A program made the translations under genes and the position numbers. The notes under the pieces were generated by a model. It was not told where the DNA came from. It ran no database searches and saw only the letters and a list, made by a program, of their open reading frames with translations. A stretch of 64,000 nucleotides of DNA from Octopus sinensis (taxonomy: Eukaryota). Shown here one piece after another: positions 38,859-52,639 of this stretch. Numbering within the stretch: position 1 is the first letter of the stretch; every line of letters starts with the position of its first letter. The stretch is taken from positions 141,794,001 to 141,858,000 of the forward strand of contig NC_042998.1 of NCBI RefSeq assembly GCF_006345805.1. Direction: 5' to 3'.

Positions 38859-40900
38859 GAGAACCTTGTAGTACGAGTGCACCATTGTCCGAGTAATTTT
38901 CTGTACGAGCCAAGGCTCGTGCGAATTTTTGTCTTGAAGTACGAGCGGAAATCCGCCGTACGAGTGCGTTTCATACAAGCGTCTGCTAGTCGGCGCTGAG
39001 CTCGCGCACGCTCTCCCAAAAGGCGCGCTCTCCGCTCGCTCAGTTCACGTGTTTATCTCGTTGTCGCAGCATCCCTGTTGGGTTTTGTTTAGCTTTGTGC
39101 ATTTTTTGCTATTATTTTATAATAATTATTTGTGTTAGCCATGGGTCCTAAAAAGGTTAGTGTAAAGGATAATGCTGAGATGAAGAAAAAGCTGATTGTG
39201 ATAGAATTAAAGAAGGAAATCACTGATAAACATGAGAGAGGAGAGCGCGTAGTGGACATAGCATGTCAATATAAACGAAGCATGTTGACAATCTGTACCA
39301 TCCTGAAGAAGAAGGACGATATCAAGGCCGTTACAACAGCAAAAGCTGTCTGCAGGCTCTCTAAGCAACGCACATCTGTCCACAAAAGGAAGGAAAAATT
39401 GCTTCTGTGGATCAACGAGAAGTAACTCGCAGGGGATATGATTATGGAGACTATCATCTGCGAGGAAGCATGAGTACTGTATGGGGATCTCCTGAAGCAG
39501 AACCCTGCAACATCGACAGAGGAGACATTAGCAGACGCATTTAAGGCCAGTCGCGGCTGGTTTGATAATTTCAAGAAGAGGACTGGTATTCATAGCGTCG
39601 TCAGGTATGGAGAAGCAGCTGGTTTTGACACGAAAACAGCTAAAGATTTCGTGCGTGAATTCCGTCAGCTCATCGCAGCCGAGAGGTAAATCGTACAACA
39701 GGTATTCAACTGTGATGAAACTGGTCTATTTTTTTTGGGGGGGGGGACGCCCAGAAGAACCTACAAAACTGCAGAGGAGAAGAAACTACCACGAGCGTTC
39801 AAGTTGCACAAAATCCTGATGAGAAGCTGCAGGTCATGTGGAAGACAAACGTTAAAGCCTGGGTCACCAGGCAATTATTCTCCGAGTGAGTCAATCTTGT
39901 CTTCGAACCAGCAGTGAAAAAGTACCTTCTGGAGAACAATCTTCCTCTCAAGGCCCTCCTCGTCTTCGACAATGCTTCTGCTCACTCTCCTAACCTCGAA
40001 GATAATATCTTGGACGAATTTAAATTCATAAAAGTTCTGTACCTTTCACGCAACACCATCCCTATCTTGCAGACCATGGACCAACAGGTGACTTCTAATT
40101 TTAAGAAATTCTATACCAAACACCTGTTTCATTGGTGCTTTGAAGTCACTGAAAATACAAACCTAACTTGTTGTGAGTTTTGGAAGGAGCACTACAACAT
40201 TGTAAACTGCCTGAAAAATCATCGAATGGCCTGGCAAGGTTTAACGAGGAGAACGTTAAATTCTGCATGGAAGAAACTGTGGTCTGACTGCGTATCAGAA
40301 AGAGACTTCGAGGGGTTTGAATCTGAGACACCTGTAGTTGAGGAGATAGTGTCTCTTGGCAAGTCCATGGGCCTTGAGGTTGATGATGGGGACATTAACG
40401 ATCTCGTCGAGGAACTCTCAGAGAAGCTGACGACAGATGAACTCCTGCAGCTTCAGGGGCAGTAGCATTTGGATGCGGTGGAAGAGATTGGTTCTCCGGA
40501 GGAGGACAGAGTAGCAGAGAATGCTAACTCTACGAGTGACATAAAGGCAGTGTTGACAAAGTAGCAGTATGTTTCTGAATTTGTAGAAAACCGTCATCCT
40601 GGAAAAGTACCTACAGGTCGTGCAGCTGCTTTATTTAATGATACTGCTCTGGCACATTTTCGTAACCTTTTGAAAGGCAGGAAAAGGCAGACTTCTCTTG
40701 ATATGTTTCTAATGAAACGACCTAAAAGTGTAAAAAGAGAAGAAAGTGTGTCAAAAAAACCTAAATTAAGCGAGTTGAAAGAGAAAACGCCAGAAATTGT
40801 TCTTTCTGAAGTCTTTATGGAAAGAGATTCTCCTTTCAAACAATGATCCTTCTCCTTCGTCTATCGTCTTCTTCGCGCACAAACCGTCCCATCTTCAAGG
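38859..40900 (+). mobile_element. pogo/Tigger DNA transposon (TIRs truncated)
   Basis: GTACGAG subterminal repeats at 38870-38965 followed by a Tigger-type transposase remnant. Confidence 0.88.
39141..40846 (+). pseudogene. Tigger/TIGD1-like transposase with stops, frameshifts and an internal deletion
   Basis: MGPKK...IELKKEI (HTH), FKASRGWFDNFKKR (CENP-B HTH), QVFNCDETGLF, LLVFDNASAH, LQTMDQQV..NFKK. Confidence 0.9.
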
Positions 40901-41146
40901 TATTTTGTCCGTGTTTACGTTCTGACTGCAAATTCCGCAGGGATTGACTTTGTGACTTTGCCTCTCATCCTTTCGAGATCAATAAGATAAGTAAGAACCA
41001 GTTGAGTACTGGAGTCGATACAATCGACTTATCCCTTCTCCCGAAATTGATAACTCTGTGTGTGTATAGATATGTTTGTAAGTGTATATTTATGTGCATG
41101 TATGTTTGTACTCGCATGTATAAGTAAATTTGTTTGTGGTGCATAT

Positions 41147-41177
<31 letters not shown>

Positions 41178-41191
41178 CTCATACACACACA

Positions 41192-41277
<86 letters not shown>

Positions 41278-41322
41278 CACACATATATTATATATATATT
41301 ATATATTATATATTATATATAT

Positions 41323-41560
41323 ATGGCTTAGTGGTTAGGGTGTCAGCATCATGATTCGTAAGATTGTGGTTTCAATTCCTGGACCGGGCGACGAGTTGTG
41401 TTCTTGACTAAAACACTTCATTTCACGTTGCTCCAGTCCACTCACATGGCAAAAATGAGTAACGCTGTGATGGACTGGCGTCCCGTCCAGCTCAGGAAAA
41501 CATACGCCATAGAAATCGGGCCCATGAGCCTGGCTAGGCTTTAAAAGGGTACATTTATTT
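41323..41560 (+). mobile_element. tRNA-derived SINE (head related to families B/C)
   Basis: TGGCTTAGTGGTTAGGG...GGTTTCAATTCCTGGACCGGGCG. Confidence 0.75.
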
Positions 41561-41631
41561 TATATATATATATATATCTGTGTGTTGTATGTGTGTGTGT
41601 GCGCGCGCGCATATGTATGTATATATATATG

Positions 41632-41977
41632 GTACTTTTTGGTTATTTCACCCGCATTAAAAAATTGGATTGTCTCCCCCACCTAAAAGAATTGTTTAAC
41701 CCTCAATAAAACAAACAAATAAAAATGAAAAAAATCAATAAACATGAAAACTGGAAAAAAATTAAAAATCTTATTGAATCTAATAACATTTTTATAACAA
41801 ATCATACCATGCCTATTGAGGAGGCCAAAAGTCAAGATGTGTTGAAGTATTGAATCAAAAGGATCTAACTCTTTTAATCCAATCTCTTGTCGCCACATAA
41901 ACTCAGAATTTTAGTGGGGAGATAACCCAATTTTTTAATGGTAATTTTTACTGGGGGACGAAATAACCAAAATGTAA
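41632..41977. repeat. Element with ~60-bp imperfect terminal inverted repeats
   Basis: TTTTGGTTATTTC...CATTAAAAAATTGGATTGTCTCCCCCACCTAAAA vs TTTTAGTGGGGAGATAACCCAATTTTTTAATG...GAAATAACCAAAA. Confidence 0.7.
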
Positions 41978-42008
41978 GTTTGTTTATATACACACGTGGT
42001 TGTTACAT

Positions 42009-42057
<49 letters not shown>

Positions 42058-42199
42058 ACACACACACACACATTTCTGCTGTATGCTTTAGAGTGTATTT
42101 CTGTTTCAGATGATGATGATAAATATTTATATATATGTATATATGTATGTGTGTATATGTACACATACATCCACACACACATATATATGTAAATATACA

Positions 42200-42254
<55 letters not shown>

Positions 42255-42261
42255 ATATATA

Positions 42262-42302
<41 letters not shown>

Positions 42303-43003
42303 GCAAAAATGAGCTAAGAGAAATAACGCAGAATAGCCAGTAGGAAGTATTTGAATAACATAGACAAGTATATCAAATACCATACAACATAATTTATTGA
42401 TTTATTTGCATTATCTCTGACTCTAGGGGATGTATCATCGTTTCCAATTGGCAATTATAACCTTACACATGCGCACCTTCACGCGCTCACACATACATGC
42501 AGATGGTAAGATGGTCACTCTCTCTCGAGAGTGAGTGAGAGAGAGAGAGAGAGAAGATAAGTGACAAACCAGAAAAGATTGGAAAAAAGGGGACAGGAAA
42601 GAACAATACTAAATGACTATAAGAGAAAGTAGACGGCAAGTACATTTTTGTTAGAGGTTTGCATATTTTCTGCAACGTGAGGACTAGAGACAATGCAACG
42701 TGGAGTATCGACACGCAGCTGGAAAGAAGCGTGTTCAAAACTATAGCGGTGCATTTGCCTTCACTGAGGTTGTTCAATGAAAAGAATGCATGCGTGAGAA
42801 AAGTCCCAAACCAAGTAAACTAACGGTTGAAAGCTCGATTATAGACATGAGGGAAGATAAAACTGTTGGACTATCGAAGATAGTCACTGAGATGCTGAAA
42901 TATCCGGTGTAGTAGAGTTCACGCTTGTCGATGTTAATCTCATAGAGCAGGGCGTAAGTGTATCATCATTAAGTGTTCTAAGAGCAAATGAGATGCTCTA
43001 GAG

Positions 43004-43329
43004 CAGGGTTTCTCAACCATTTTTTATCTATGGACCCCTTTGATTACTATTTTATTCCGGTGGACCCCCATATCCATTCGATGTTTAAAAACTAGTTTTA
43101 TAGAAAATTCTTTCAAAATGCCTTTTTCCCCCCCACACATTAACTTGTGTAGGTTGAACTATGTAAAACATTAGAGAAAGAAACCTAGCTGTTTCTTGCA
43201 ATACAAACCAATATATGCATGTAAAGCAAAATCTTTTCTGAAGCTGTTAACATATTGTAGATCCTTAATTTACTATTTTGTTGCATCGATCCCCCAAAAT
43301 CTTATATGGACCCCGGTTGAGAACCACTG
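43004..43329 (+). mobile_element. hAT (Charlie-like) MITE
   Basis: TIRs CAGGGTTTCTCAACC / GGTTGAGAACCACTG; flanks CTCTAGAG / GTCTCGAG. Confidence 0.88.
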
Positions 43330-43337
43330 GTCTCGAG

Positions 43338-43557
43338 TAATGCTTCTCAACCCCCCTATGAACCTATGAACCCATTTGATTCTTATTTTATTCAGATGAA
43401 CCCTCTTAGCCATTTGATGTTTAAAAAATCATTATATTTGTATAATTAGATATTATTAAGAGTTGTATAAAAAAATTTATTTCACATAAATCTTAACAAC
43501 AAACTCTTATATGGACCCACCCCCCCGGGCCACGTGGACCCCGGCTGAGAAACATTG
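43338..43557 (+). mobile_element. Second, shorter hAT MITE of the same family, in tandem
   Basis: TAATGCTTCTCAACC / GGCTGAGAAACATTG followed by CTCTAGAG. Confidence 0.8.
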
Positions 43558-43729
43558 CTCTAGAGAAAAGTCGTTACCGAGGCATCAACTTGATAGACCA
43601 AGTTATGAAAAGTTAGCATGAAAACTAAACAGGACGAGATACAGTTCGGGCTTATACCAAAATTTATTACAACCGCAGTCTTCTTTACAGGAGAAGTATT
43701 TAGCTAGGAGAGTTGTTTGCTGTAGCTTG

Positions 43730-44170
43730 TGCAATCAAATCGATTTTGTTTTCAATATAATTCTCTCGTTCGATTTCATAAGTGTAAGTAGCATTTTGCT
43801 AAGCATTTTTTGGAATTTATTGATATTTGTTCCAGAATGCTTGGCTGTCTTTAAATCGGTGGCATTCTCCAATCGATTGCCCTTCTCAGTAATTGTTCCA
43901 GACTCACATGGGACTTGACATTTGATTTCAGTCCTGATGGGAAGGTATTCTACAGCTGTTTGTCGATGAGAAGTGACAAAACAGTTATATATTTAGTTTG
44001 GGGAGTTGATTTCTGTTTTCACTTACAATAGCCTCGAACCTGTGTTTGATCAAGATAATGCATTGTCGACAAATTCCTTTGTTGTTAAGTGTAGGTCAGT
44101 CACATGGAGTAAATTCTGAGATATTTTGTTTGTTGGCGTGTAAGTTCATCCAAATTTTGTTCGATAGAAT
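43730..44170 (-). mobile_element. Degenerate RTE-like LINE fragment (EN-RT linker)
   Basis: Minus strand CQVPCESGTITEKGNRLENA...YIENKIDLI resembles the RVPWES..I.EKR linker; heavily decayed. Confidence 0.4.
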
Positions 44171-44771
44171 ATGATGATCAGAATTAACTCCTTCAAAGAA
44201 ATAATATGCTTCACTGCTTTCTCACTATTTGTAGGCATATAGTCAAGTTGAACTTTAATACGAATGGAAGAGGTATGTGTCTATAATTGATCAGACGGCG
44301 TATGCAGTAGCGGACTATCGTCTCTAGCATGGCAAATTTCCAAAGAATTTAGAGGCCAGAGAAATACAAATAAATAAACTTGTATGAACAGACAGTTGGA
44401 AGAGACACTTCCAGAATTTTCTCAGCAATCCACAACAGTTCCAGATAGATCCAGAGAAACTACTATTAAACATGAATCTTGACTTCTAGCTTGGTGATTT
44501 CACATTAGATAAACTCACCAAATAACTAGTATGAAAAACGACCAAGAAAAGGAAAAGAAGTTGGCCACGAAAGTTTAGAAGACTGTGGCAGTTAAAGATA
44601 CTTCATTTTAGTTGTGTAAAGCAATAAATTACCGTAAAACTCAGTTTGTATTCCCTTACTCTTCAAGAAAGATAATTTAGAAGTGATTTAAGATTACAGA
44701 GGGTGGGGTACTCTTACAAACAGCAGCAAAAAATCTACAAGTTTCTGTTGACTTGTATATAAACAGAACTT

Positions 44772-44856
44772 GAGAAGGGATTACGAAGTGACAAGGGGTT
44801 ACAAAGTGAAGGGATTACAAAGAGAAGGGATTACAAAGAGAAGGGATTACGAAGTG
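44772..44856. repeat. 16-18-bp minisatellite (AAGGGATTACAAAGAG) x5
   Basis: Direct inspection. Confidence 0.9.
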
Positions 44857-45051
44857 AAAAAGATATAGTATGAAATCTGTCTACTGTTGGACAAATTTTT
44901 GCTCATTGAGGGCTCAAGATTAAAAATCTGCGAGTATTCCCACTGTTTGTGATCTTCTCAACAGCTTTCAGCTCTGCTAACTGAGGCAAAATGAAGCAAA
45001 TTCTTCTTGTGGCATATAGAAAGAAGTAGGAGTAATATCACTGTAGATGAA

Positions 45052-45260
45052 GGCAGCAAATTGACAGAATCGTTTGCACGCCGGGCCAAATGCTTAGTGG
45101 CATTTCTTCCAGGTTTACATTCTGAGTTCAAATTCCGCCGAGGTCGACTTTGCTTTTCATTCTTTCGGGGTCGATAAAATAAGTACCAATTGAGCACTGG
45201 GGTCGATGTAATCGACTAAAAACCTTCCTGCTGGCCTTCTACCCAAATTTGAAACCAATA
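45052..45260 (+). mobile_element. Family D SINE (tRNA-like head + Meta/MESC-like domain)
   Basis: GAGTTCAAATTCCGCCGAGGTCGACTTTGCTTTTCATTCTTTCGGGGTCGATAAAATAAGTACC; further copies near 17625, 40915, 53640, 63620-64000. The domain name is from recall. Confidence 0.75.
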
Positions 45261-45261
45261 T

Positions 45262-46150
45262 TACTCTATACGAAGACAAGAGCTAAAATACGGTCACCTA
45301 ACGGAGATATCAACTTCGACATCAATGCAGGCGTCTTGCAAGGCGATACGTTTGCATCATTCTGATTTATTATCTATCTGGGTTGTGTGTTTCGTCATTC
45401 TCTTGACAAAGAGAACTCAGTTTCACCACCATAGCAGGTACAGATTATGATGATGCTATTACTCTCTTTGTTGGCGCCCCACCTCCATCTTAGATGCTAC
45501 TACCTTTCTATGTGACCTTGAAAAGTAGCAGTAGATAGTGGTCTGTTTGGAAATGCCACAAACTCGGAATACATCCACAACAATCAAGAGAGTGCAACAA
45601 GCACCATCTAAGAATCTAAAATCAGTAGACCCCTAGGTATGCATAGGAAGTAACATCGAATCCACAGAAAATTTATAAAATTACGTCTTGCGAAAGCATG
45701 GGCTGCTTTTGATAGCCACATCGTTATCTGATGTTGTTAAGAGAAGCTTCTTCTGGACCATTGTGGAATCAATGCTGTTGTATAGATCTCTTGCTAGCAT
45801 AACCAACAAACTTAATGGTGCTTACATCCACATTTTACAGATCATTCCGATTATTTCGTGGTAACTGCATCCGACCAGAGACTGTATGGTAGTCTTGTTG
45901 CAATCAATCGTGTCATTAGAAAGAAACACATGGAGATCACTTTCTAATGAAGAGTTAAGTAAGATATGATTAGTAATGCATTCCTTTTAACACTCCGTCG
46001 TGGATACACACAGGTCAACAGTCAACAGTCCAGCAAAAACCTCTGTACGGACACAAGATGATGTCCTGTTGACATCCTGAATGCTATGAGACATCATGAT
46101 GAGTGGCGATATCGAGTCAAAGTAATTCGAGCAAGCTCGATAAGATGAGG
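45262..46150 (+). mobile_element. Degenerate RTE-like LINE, RT to C-terminus
   Basis: FDINAGVLQGDTFASF*FII, DYDDAITL (YADD-like), RLAKAWAA, EWRYRVKVIRASS. Confidence 0.75.
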
Positions 46151-47049
46151 ATTTAGTTAGAAGTAAGCCATTACACCTAGAATTTATCGATGTGGAAGAC
46201 TGCTTTAAGAAGGTTTCACGCCTTGTCGCCTGGTGGCTGCAATGAAAAGTTGGTATAGACGAATGAATAGCTCGCGTGAGTTATGTAATACATATACCAG
46301 AATGACGACAACAATAAGTTAATTGAGGAATTCAATGAATAGGTTGGTGTCCATTGTAGTACATCCCCTACTCGCTTCGGTTTATTATAGTTCTCCATAC
46401 AATAACAGATGAGTTTAAGACCGGCTGTAAGAACACCGTATATCAACGACCAAGATCTCATTATTGAATCTGTCAAAGATTTAGAGAGGAAATTCTAAAC
46501 TTGGATGTAAAACATACCGCTGAAAATCTTCAAAGTAACCCTAGGAAAGATTAAAGTTTTAGTTAACAGGAAAGGAGATGGGGCTCTATTGTCATCAGTG
46601 AAGCGGTCATGCTCGATTTGTGAAAAAAAAGGAGTAGGGAGTAGTCATTTCATTCAGGGAAACTACACATTAAATCTCCCTCCGACCAACCATCTTTTAT
46701 TATTTATTGCTATCCCCTTTCATCTTATCATTTATCATCCCACTTATTACTGTGCCTCCCTGCTATCACTATCTATCTTCTATCACGCTGTCTATGTAAG
46801 GAGGGGTGGTAAAACTCAATAAATCTGTCTGTATTTATACCCCCACTTAACACCACCTACAGAACTATCGATAAGATTTGAAGCTACCACTATAGCCACT
46901 ATAGAATTATGCTATTAGCAGGAATATACCAAAATGACAGATTATCTGTAAGGCTGTTCGTCCTGGCAGTGAAACTCTTGTCAGCTCTGTTAAGGAAATA
47001 CAAAGACTATACACAATAGAATCTACCAAAAAAAAAAAAAGAGAGAAAA

Positions 47050-48086
47050 ACTAACATTACCATCATCTTCTTCCTTGATGACCTTAAGTTGTATGTAAAT
47101 AATGTTCATGACAGACAGAGCGAGTCACAGCCTTCTCGGGGGCAGAGGAGTGGATTTTGATCTGGATAAGTGTTCATATTTGGTAGTCAGATGAGAAGAG
47201 ATTGCTGAGCATGCAAGGGATATGAGTATTAAAAGGCCTCTCTGAATCCCTTATCTCCACTGATGAATGGTACAAATTGCTTGAAATCAACGAGAATACG
47301 TTTTGCATATATGGTGGTGCTCCAGAAGATTGTGGAAGTTATGGACGTTTGAGCTGTTTGCATTCAATAAAAACGTATCCCACAATTTTTTCACTGTACC
47401 AGTGCTAAAACCAACATTCAAGATATTAGACAGGACACTCGAAGAAATCCGCAATTTAGTCATCAGGACTTAGAAGATACTAACAGTGGCTGGTCACTTT
47501 CATATCAACCTTGACACTTCAGACAAAAATCATGCCTTCTCATCGATATAACTGCCCCAATCGACATAAATGTATCTAAGACCTACCAAAAACTGAGCCA
47601 GTATAAAGATCTTGAAATAGAAATTGGCAAAATGTGGAACCTCAAGACTAAAACAATACTTATTGTCATAGGTGTCTAAGGAATGATAGCAAAAGGGGCT
47701 GATTGCTACAGATTTCAGATGATAAGAAATCCAAAAATGGATGAAATTTAAAAAATAGTGCTCATGGGAACAGCCCATATCCTACGTAAAATATCATCTA
47801 TTTAATCCCCCAAATATTTTAATCCGTAAACAGTATCAAAATACTTTTAAATGTACATAACAGCAAACACTTTTTACTGTCATCTTAACATCAGACGATC
47901 ATCTTATAATCAAATTACTTTTAAAACAAACTTCTAATATACCTATATTTTGACAGACATTTTCTAGAACAATACTCTGCGCAAAACCAAATATATGGCA
48001 CCCTAGGCATAACACCAGCTTGGACTTCTAACTTGTCTCTTGAGGTCTTAGGTGTCAACTTGTACAAATACAAAGCAAAAGCCAAA

Positions 48087-48089
<3 letters not shown>
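47050..48089 (+). mobile_element. Degenerate R4/Dong-clade non-LTR retrotransposon 3' part (RT remnant, RLE endonuclease, 3' UTR)
   Basis: FFLDDLKLY at ~47070-47095; CLLIDITAPIDINVS...KLSQYKDLEIEIGKMWNLKTKTILIVIG...KIVLMGTAHILRK; followed by (AAT)n. Confidence 0.8.
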
Positions 48090-48150
<61 letters not shown>

Positions 48151-48151
<1 letters not shown>

Positions 48152-48800
48152 GTAATTGAAGGGGACGGAATAAGGTATTCAGTGATGAAGGAAAGGATTA
48201 GGAGAGAATGTTATCGCAGAGTAAGAGCAATACTCAAGACAGAGCTGAATGCGAGAAACAGGATCGAAGCGATCAATGCTTTAGCCATACCAGTCGTGAC
48301 TTACAGTTTCAATATCGTTAACGGGTCAATTACTGAAATATGTAATCTTGACAGAAAAATACGAAAACTGTTGACAATGCATAGAATGCACCACCCTAAG
48401 GCAGATATAGAACGACTTTATCTGTGAAGAAAAGAGGGAGGCCCTGGACTTTTACAACTGGCAATAACAATGAAGATTACTACAATTGGCCTAGACACCT
48501 ACCTGAAAAACTGGATGAAAAACTGGATGTTAAAACTTATCTCGAAACATGAAAACAAGAAAGCATCATACTCAGTAACAAAACAGGCAAAGGAATATCT
48601 AAGTGAATTCCGAATACAACAAATTTCGGAATTAGACATACAAGAAACAAGCACAGAAAAAGCTAAGCGCATGAAAACCCGTGCTAAAACTGCTGCCTTA
48701 GATATTCTGAATGATAAATGGCAAGAAAAAACCTCTCTATAGCAAATACCCAAAGAGAGCGAATAATGCAGATGTTGACAAAGCCCTGACCCATCAATGG
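48151..48800 (+). mobile_element. R4/Dong-clade retrotransposon internal fragment
   Basis: YRRVRAILKTELNARNRIEAINALAIPVVTYSF...LDRKIRKLLTMHRMHHPKADIERLYL*RKEGG...KPLY.KY; begins directly after (AAT)n. Confidence 0.85.
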
Positions 48801-48876
48801 CAATGGCTAACTTTTCTGCCAGCTCGCCGCCTTAACAATAATGATAATAATGATGATGATGATGATGATGATGATG

Positions 48877-48929
<53 letters not shown>

Positions 48930-48930
<1 letters not shown>

Positions 48931-49484
48931 GCCCTGATGCAGTACCAGGCAGTGGCTCTCATGGCTTCTGATCTTAACTGATTGGAAGTGTTATCATGTA
49001 CATTGTTTTGTCTTCGTATAAAAGATGGGCTACAGCAAATATTCTGTTCAATACCACAGATTTGCTTGTCAGTTGTTTGACCTTAACCAGTTGACCATGT
49101 CCCTTAGTGGCTGACGATATGTGCATCTCTGATCATGAGCAGAAGTAGTGGGGGTGCATCATAGCCATGTGTTGAGAGGGATTCTTTGGGGTTTGAATAA
49201 TTCACCTCTGGAAACATGGGTGGTTCTTTCAACTTCCTTAAACAACCCTTATTCAGGGACCTTTTGAGTGGGATGGGCTACTCAACCTGAAGAAAATTCT
49301 AACTGGGCCCCAGCTGCAGGGTCATGTGCTGTTTAGCTTGATATGAGATCACCATGTCGCGCACATATGGTTGTGATGCATGTGCCTAGTGTACCCTTAT
49401 CAGACGGGTAGTCATGATGGGTATATTGGGGTTCGTATATTTTACCCCAGTGTCACTTTGATGACATGCACTGCTCTCTCACTC
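48930..49484. mobile_element. ~555-bp non-coding element flanked on both sides by (AAT)n
   Basis: Sharp boundaries within AAT repeats, no ORF. Inferred to be a TAA-targeted non-autonomous element or 3' UTR. Confidence 0.55.
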
Positions 49485-49519
<35 letters not shown>

Positions 49520-51057
49520 CAACAACAGCAATAATAATTCGTTTACTAATTACTAGCCATTAAATATCCTATTTCAGTAAAACAACAACAATAACAAGAA
49601 AAAAAAGACGAAGTTTATGGCAGGTTTTTGCTAAATTTAACAATTAATCTAATACATTTTTTTATATATAAACACATTAATTCGCGGTTGCATAAAACTA
49701 TTGTACTACACCATAATCCTTTGTTAAGTATGATACATATAAACACTTGTTTGGAAAGTAAAATGTTAAAGACTAACAGAAACTCCACTACAATAAGACA
49801 TATTTAAACGTTACCAATAACATATATAGATTACATTCTGAATGTCAGTCTTACATTGATATATCTTTTATCCTTTATCCTGTACTTGTTTTAGTCATTG
49901 AACTGCGACCATGAAGGGTTATATTCGAACAAATCGATTCCAGTACTTGTTTTAAGTAGCTTGATTTTTCAGCTAGGACCCCAAACTAAAGCGGACTATA
50001 ATACGTCTATAATGGCTATATGCCTTGGTGGTGTTTAATCGGAGATTAAGGACGGATAAGAATTAATTCTGTAATGTAATCATTCTATTGCTCCAGTTCC
50101 GAGTTGAATTCTAACTGTTGGACAATTTGTCTCAAAGTTCTAATCTCGACGTAAAATTTACGAAGCGAATGTCTTGATCTCTGACGTGATCTGACAAATG
50201 CCAACCAAGATGTGTGAATCAGTCAGACTTTATCTGCTAGACATAACAACTCAAATGCTTTTAAATCAGATCACTATGCTGGATGTTCAAGAACCAAGTG
50301 AACGGCAGATTTTCTATCCCGGGATCATCTTGATTCCAAAAAAAGTATAATATATCTATGTAGAGCAAATGTAAATTGAGATACAGGGTTCCCAGACAGA
50401 CAGAATTTCGCGTTTATTATCATAGAAGTCTAGTATTTATTCTATCGGTTTCTTTTGCCGAACCGCTATGTCTCGATCTCGTAACAAGCTAATCGCCGGC
50501 ACAAACACATGCACACATAGTTTCACGACGGGATTTCACACTGTTTCCGTCTACTAAATTCACCCTCAAGTTGGCCTTAGTAGAAGACTCTTGCTCAAGG
50601 TGCCACGTAGTGGAGCTAAACCCGAAACCTCGTGGTTACAAAGAGAGCTTCTTAACCACACAGCCATGTCTGCACCTAGTATTTCTATAGTATATGAAAA
50701 CACATTTAACTAAGTACATATAAAAAAATAAATTTGTGTACATTTATTTCTACTTTGTTCATGTACACAGGAACTTGGAAGGATTTCGCTGTGGGATTTC
50801 TTCTAAGAAAATTTTCTTTCAATCGACTTTAGGCGAAAAACCGTGTTCAATAGTCTGCTGACAACACTTGAAGCCGAGCTTCATGTGCTGTCAACAAACA
50901 ACTAGACACGGTTTTTTGGCGTGGTTTTGGACTCTTCAGTGGCAAACACTCGATCATTTGGAGCTAAGCTAAATGACCGAGGGCAATCTCTGCTACTGAA
51001 GTGTTTCTATACATACATACATACATACATACATACATACCAACATACACACACACG

Positions 51058-51088
<31 letters not shown>

Positions 51089-51969
51089 GTATATATATAT
51101 AAAATTGCATCTAAACAATGCAGTTGCTGGCACGTGCTGAAAATTGCCAATTGCCATGTTGGAATTAATTTAATTTAAACATACGAAGCAGCGAGTATTA
51201 AAATAAAGATGGTTACAGTTGTATGCACTATAACGAAGCAAAATCCAGCAGCGAATGCCTTTCACGTTTTACTGACGAAGAATGTGTTATACATTTTAAT
51301 ACTCGCTGCTTCGTGTACTTATACTATATGAGAAGCATTGATAGATAGACGGCAAGTTTCGTAGTTAGAGTTATGGTACCATGTATATAACAGTCATCAT
51401 AATACACTTGATTTATAGACTAAGCTGTTCTTAAAATTGCAATCACAATTATGAATTTTTCTCTTAATGTAGGCCAAATTGAGTTTAATGTATTTCAGTT
51501 AAATTTGATATACGTCTCAATTAGATTGAATGCAGCTAAGTTTACATACAACAGTGATGCAATAGCGTTGTATAATAATAATTAAATCTTATTGTGTTCA
51601 GCATCATGAAATGTACTCACAACGACAGAAAACTGGAATTAGTATTATATATATATAGGAGATAAAATTTATTTCATTAACACAGAAAATAGCAGTTACC
51701 TATTATACATTAAGTGATATATTTGGTGGTGAATACTAAGCAACTAAGAATAAATGAAACTTTTTTTTTTAGATAAATCAAATTATCAGAAGGTTTAAAA
51801 TTACAGTTTAGAATACCAAATAGAATTTAAAAAAAGACGGCAATATGAATACAATATATACAGACACATACTAATTATTGATTAACATCTTATATAAACT
51901 GATATTTTCATAAAAGGGTGACAACTTGGTAACCATGAATTAATATACATACATACATACATACATACA

Positions 51970-52003
<34 letters not shown>

Positions 52004-52244
52004 CACACACACACACACAGATACACACACACACACACACACACCACACACACACACACATATATATATATATTAGTATTTAGCGGAAGTAACAGAGTGA
52101 CTCAAAGTCAGAAAGTTTCGTGCGTTGGCACTTATCCGGACCATGAATCATTGTGTTACTTCTGGCAAATATTAATAAGAAGTATACATATACTGATATT
52201 TTGAGTTCTATTATTCTGTTTGCATCAACATACCTGAATGTATA

Positions 52245-52313
<69 letters not shown>

Positions 52314-52319
52314 TATATG

Positions 52320-52386
<67 letters not shown>

Positions 52387-52424
52387 ATATATATATATAT
52401 ATGTTATATATATATATATGTATG

Positions 52425-52457
<33 letters not shown>

Positions 52458-52479
52458 GTATGTATGTATATATATATAT

Positions 52480-52514
<35 letters not shown>

Positions 52515-52639
52515 GTATATATATATATTATATATATATATATGCATGTATATATATATATAGATATATATATATATATATATACGTACATACATACACA
52601 CATACATACATACATACATACATACATACATACATACAT
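52245..52639. repeat. (TA)n/(TACA)n microsatellite
   Basis: Direct inspection. Confidence 0.96.

Noticed and set aside
39141-40846. Domesticated TIGD-like host gene
   Set aside because: Multiple stops, frameshifts and a deletion in the DDE domain indicate a dead transposon copy.
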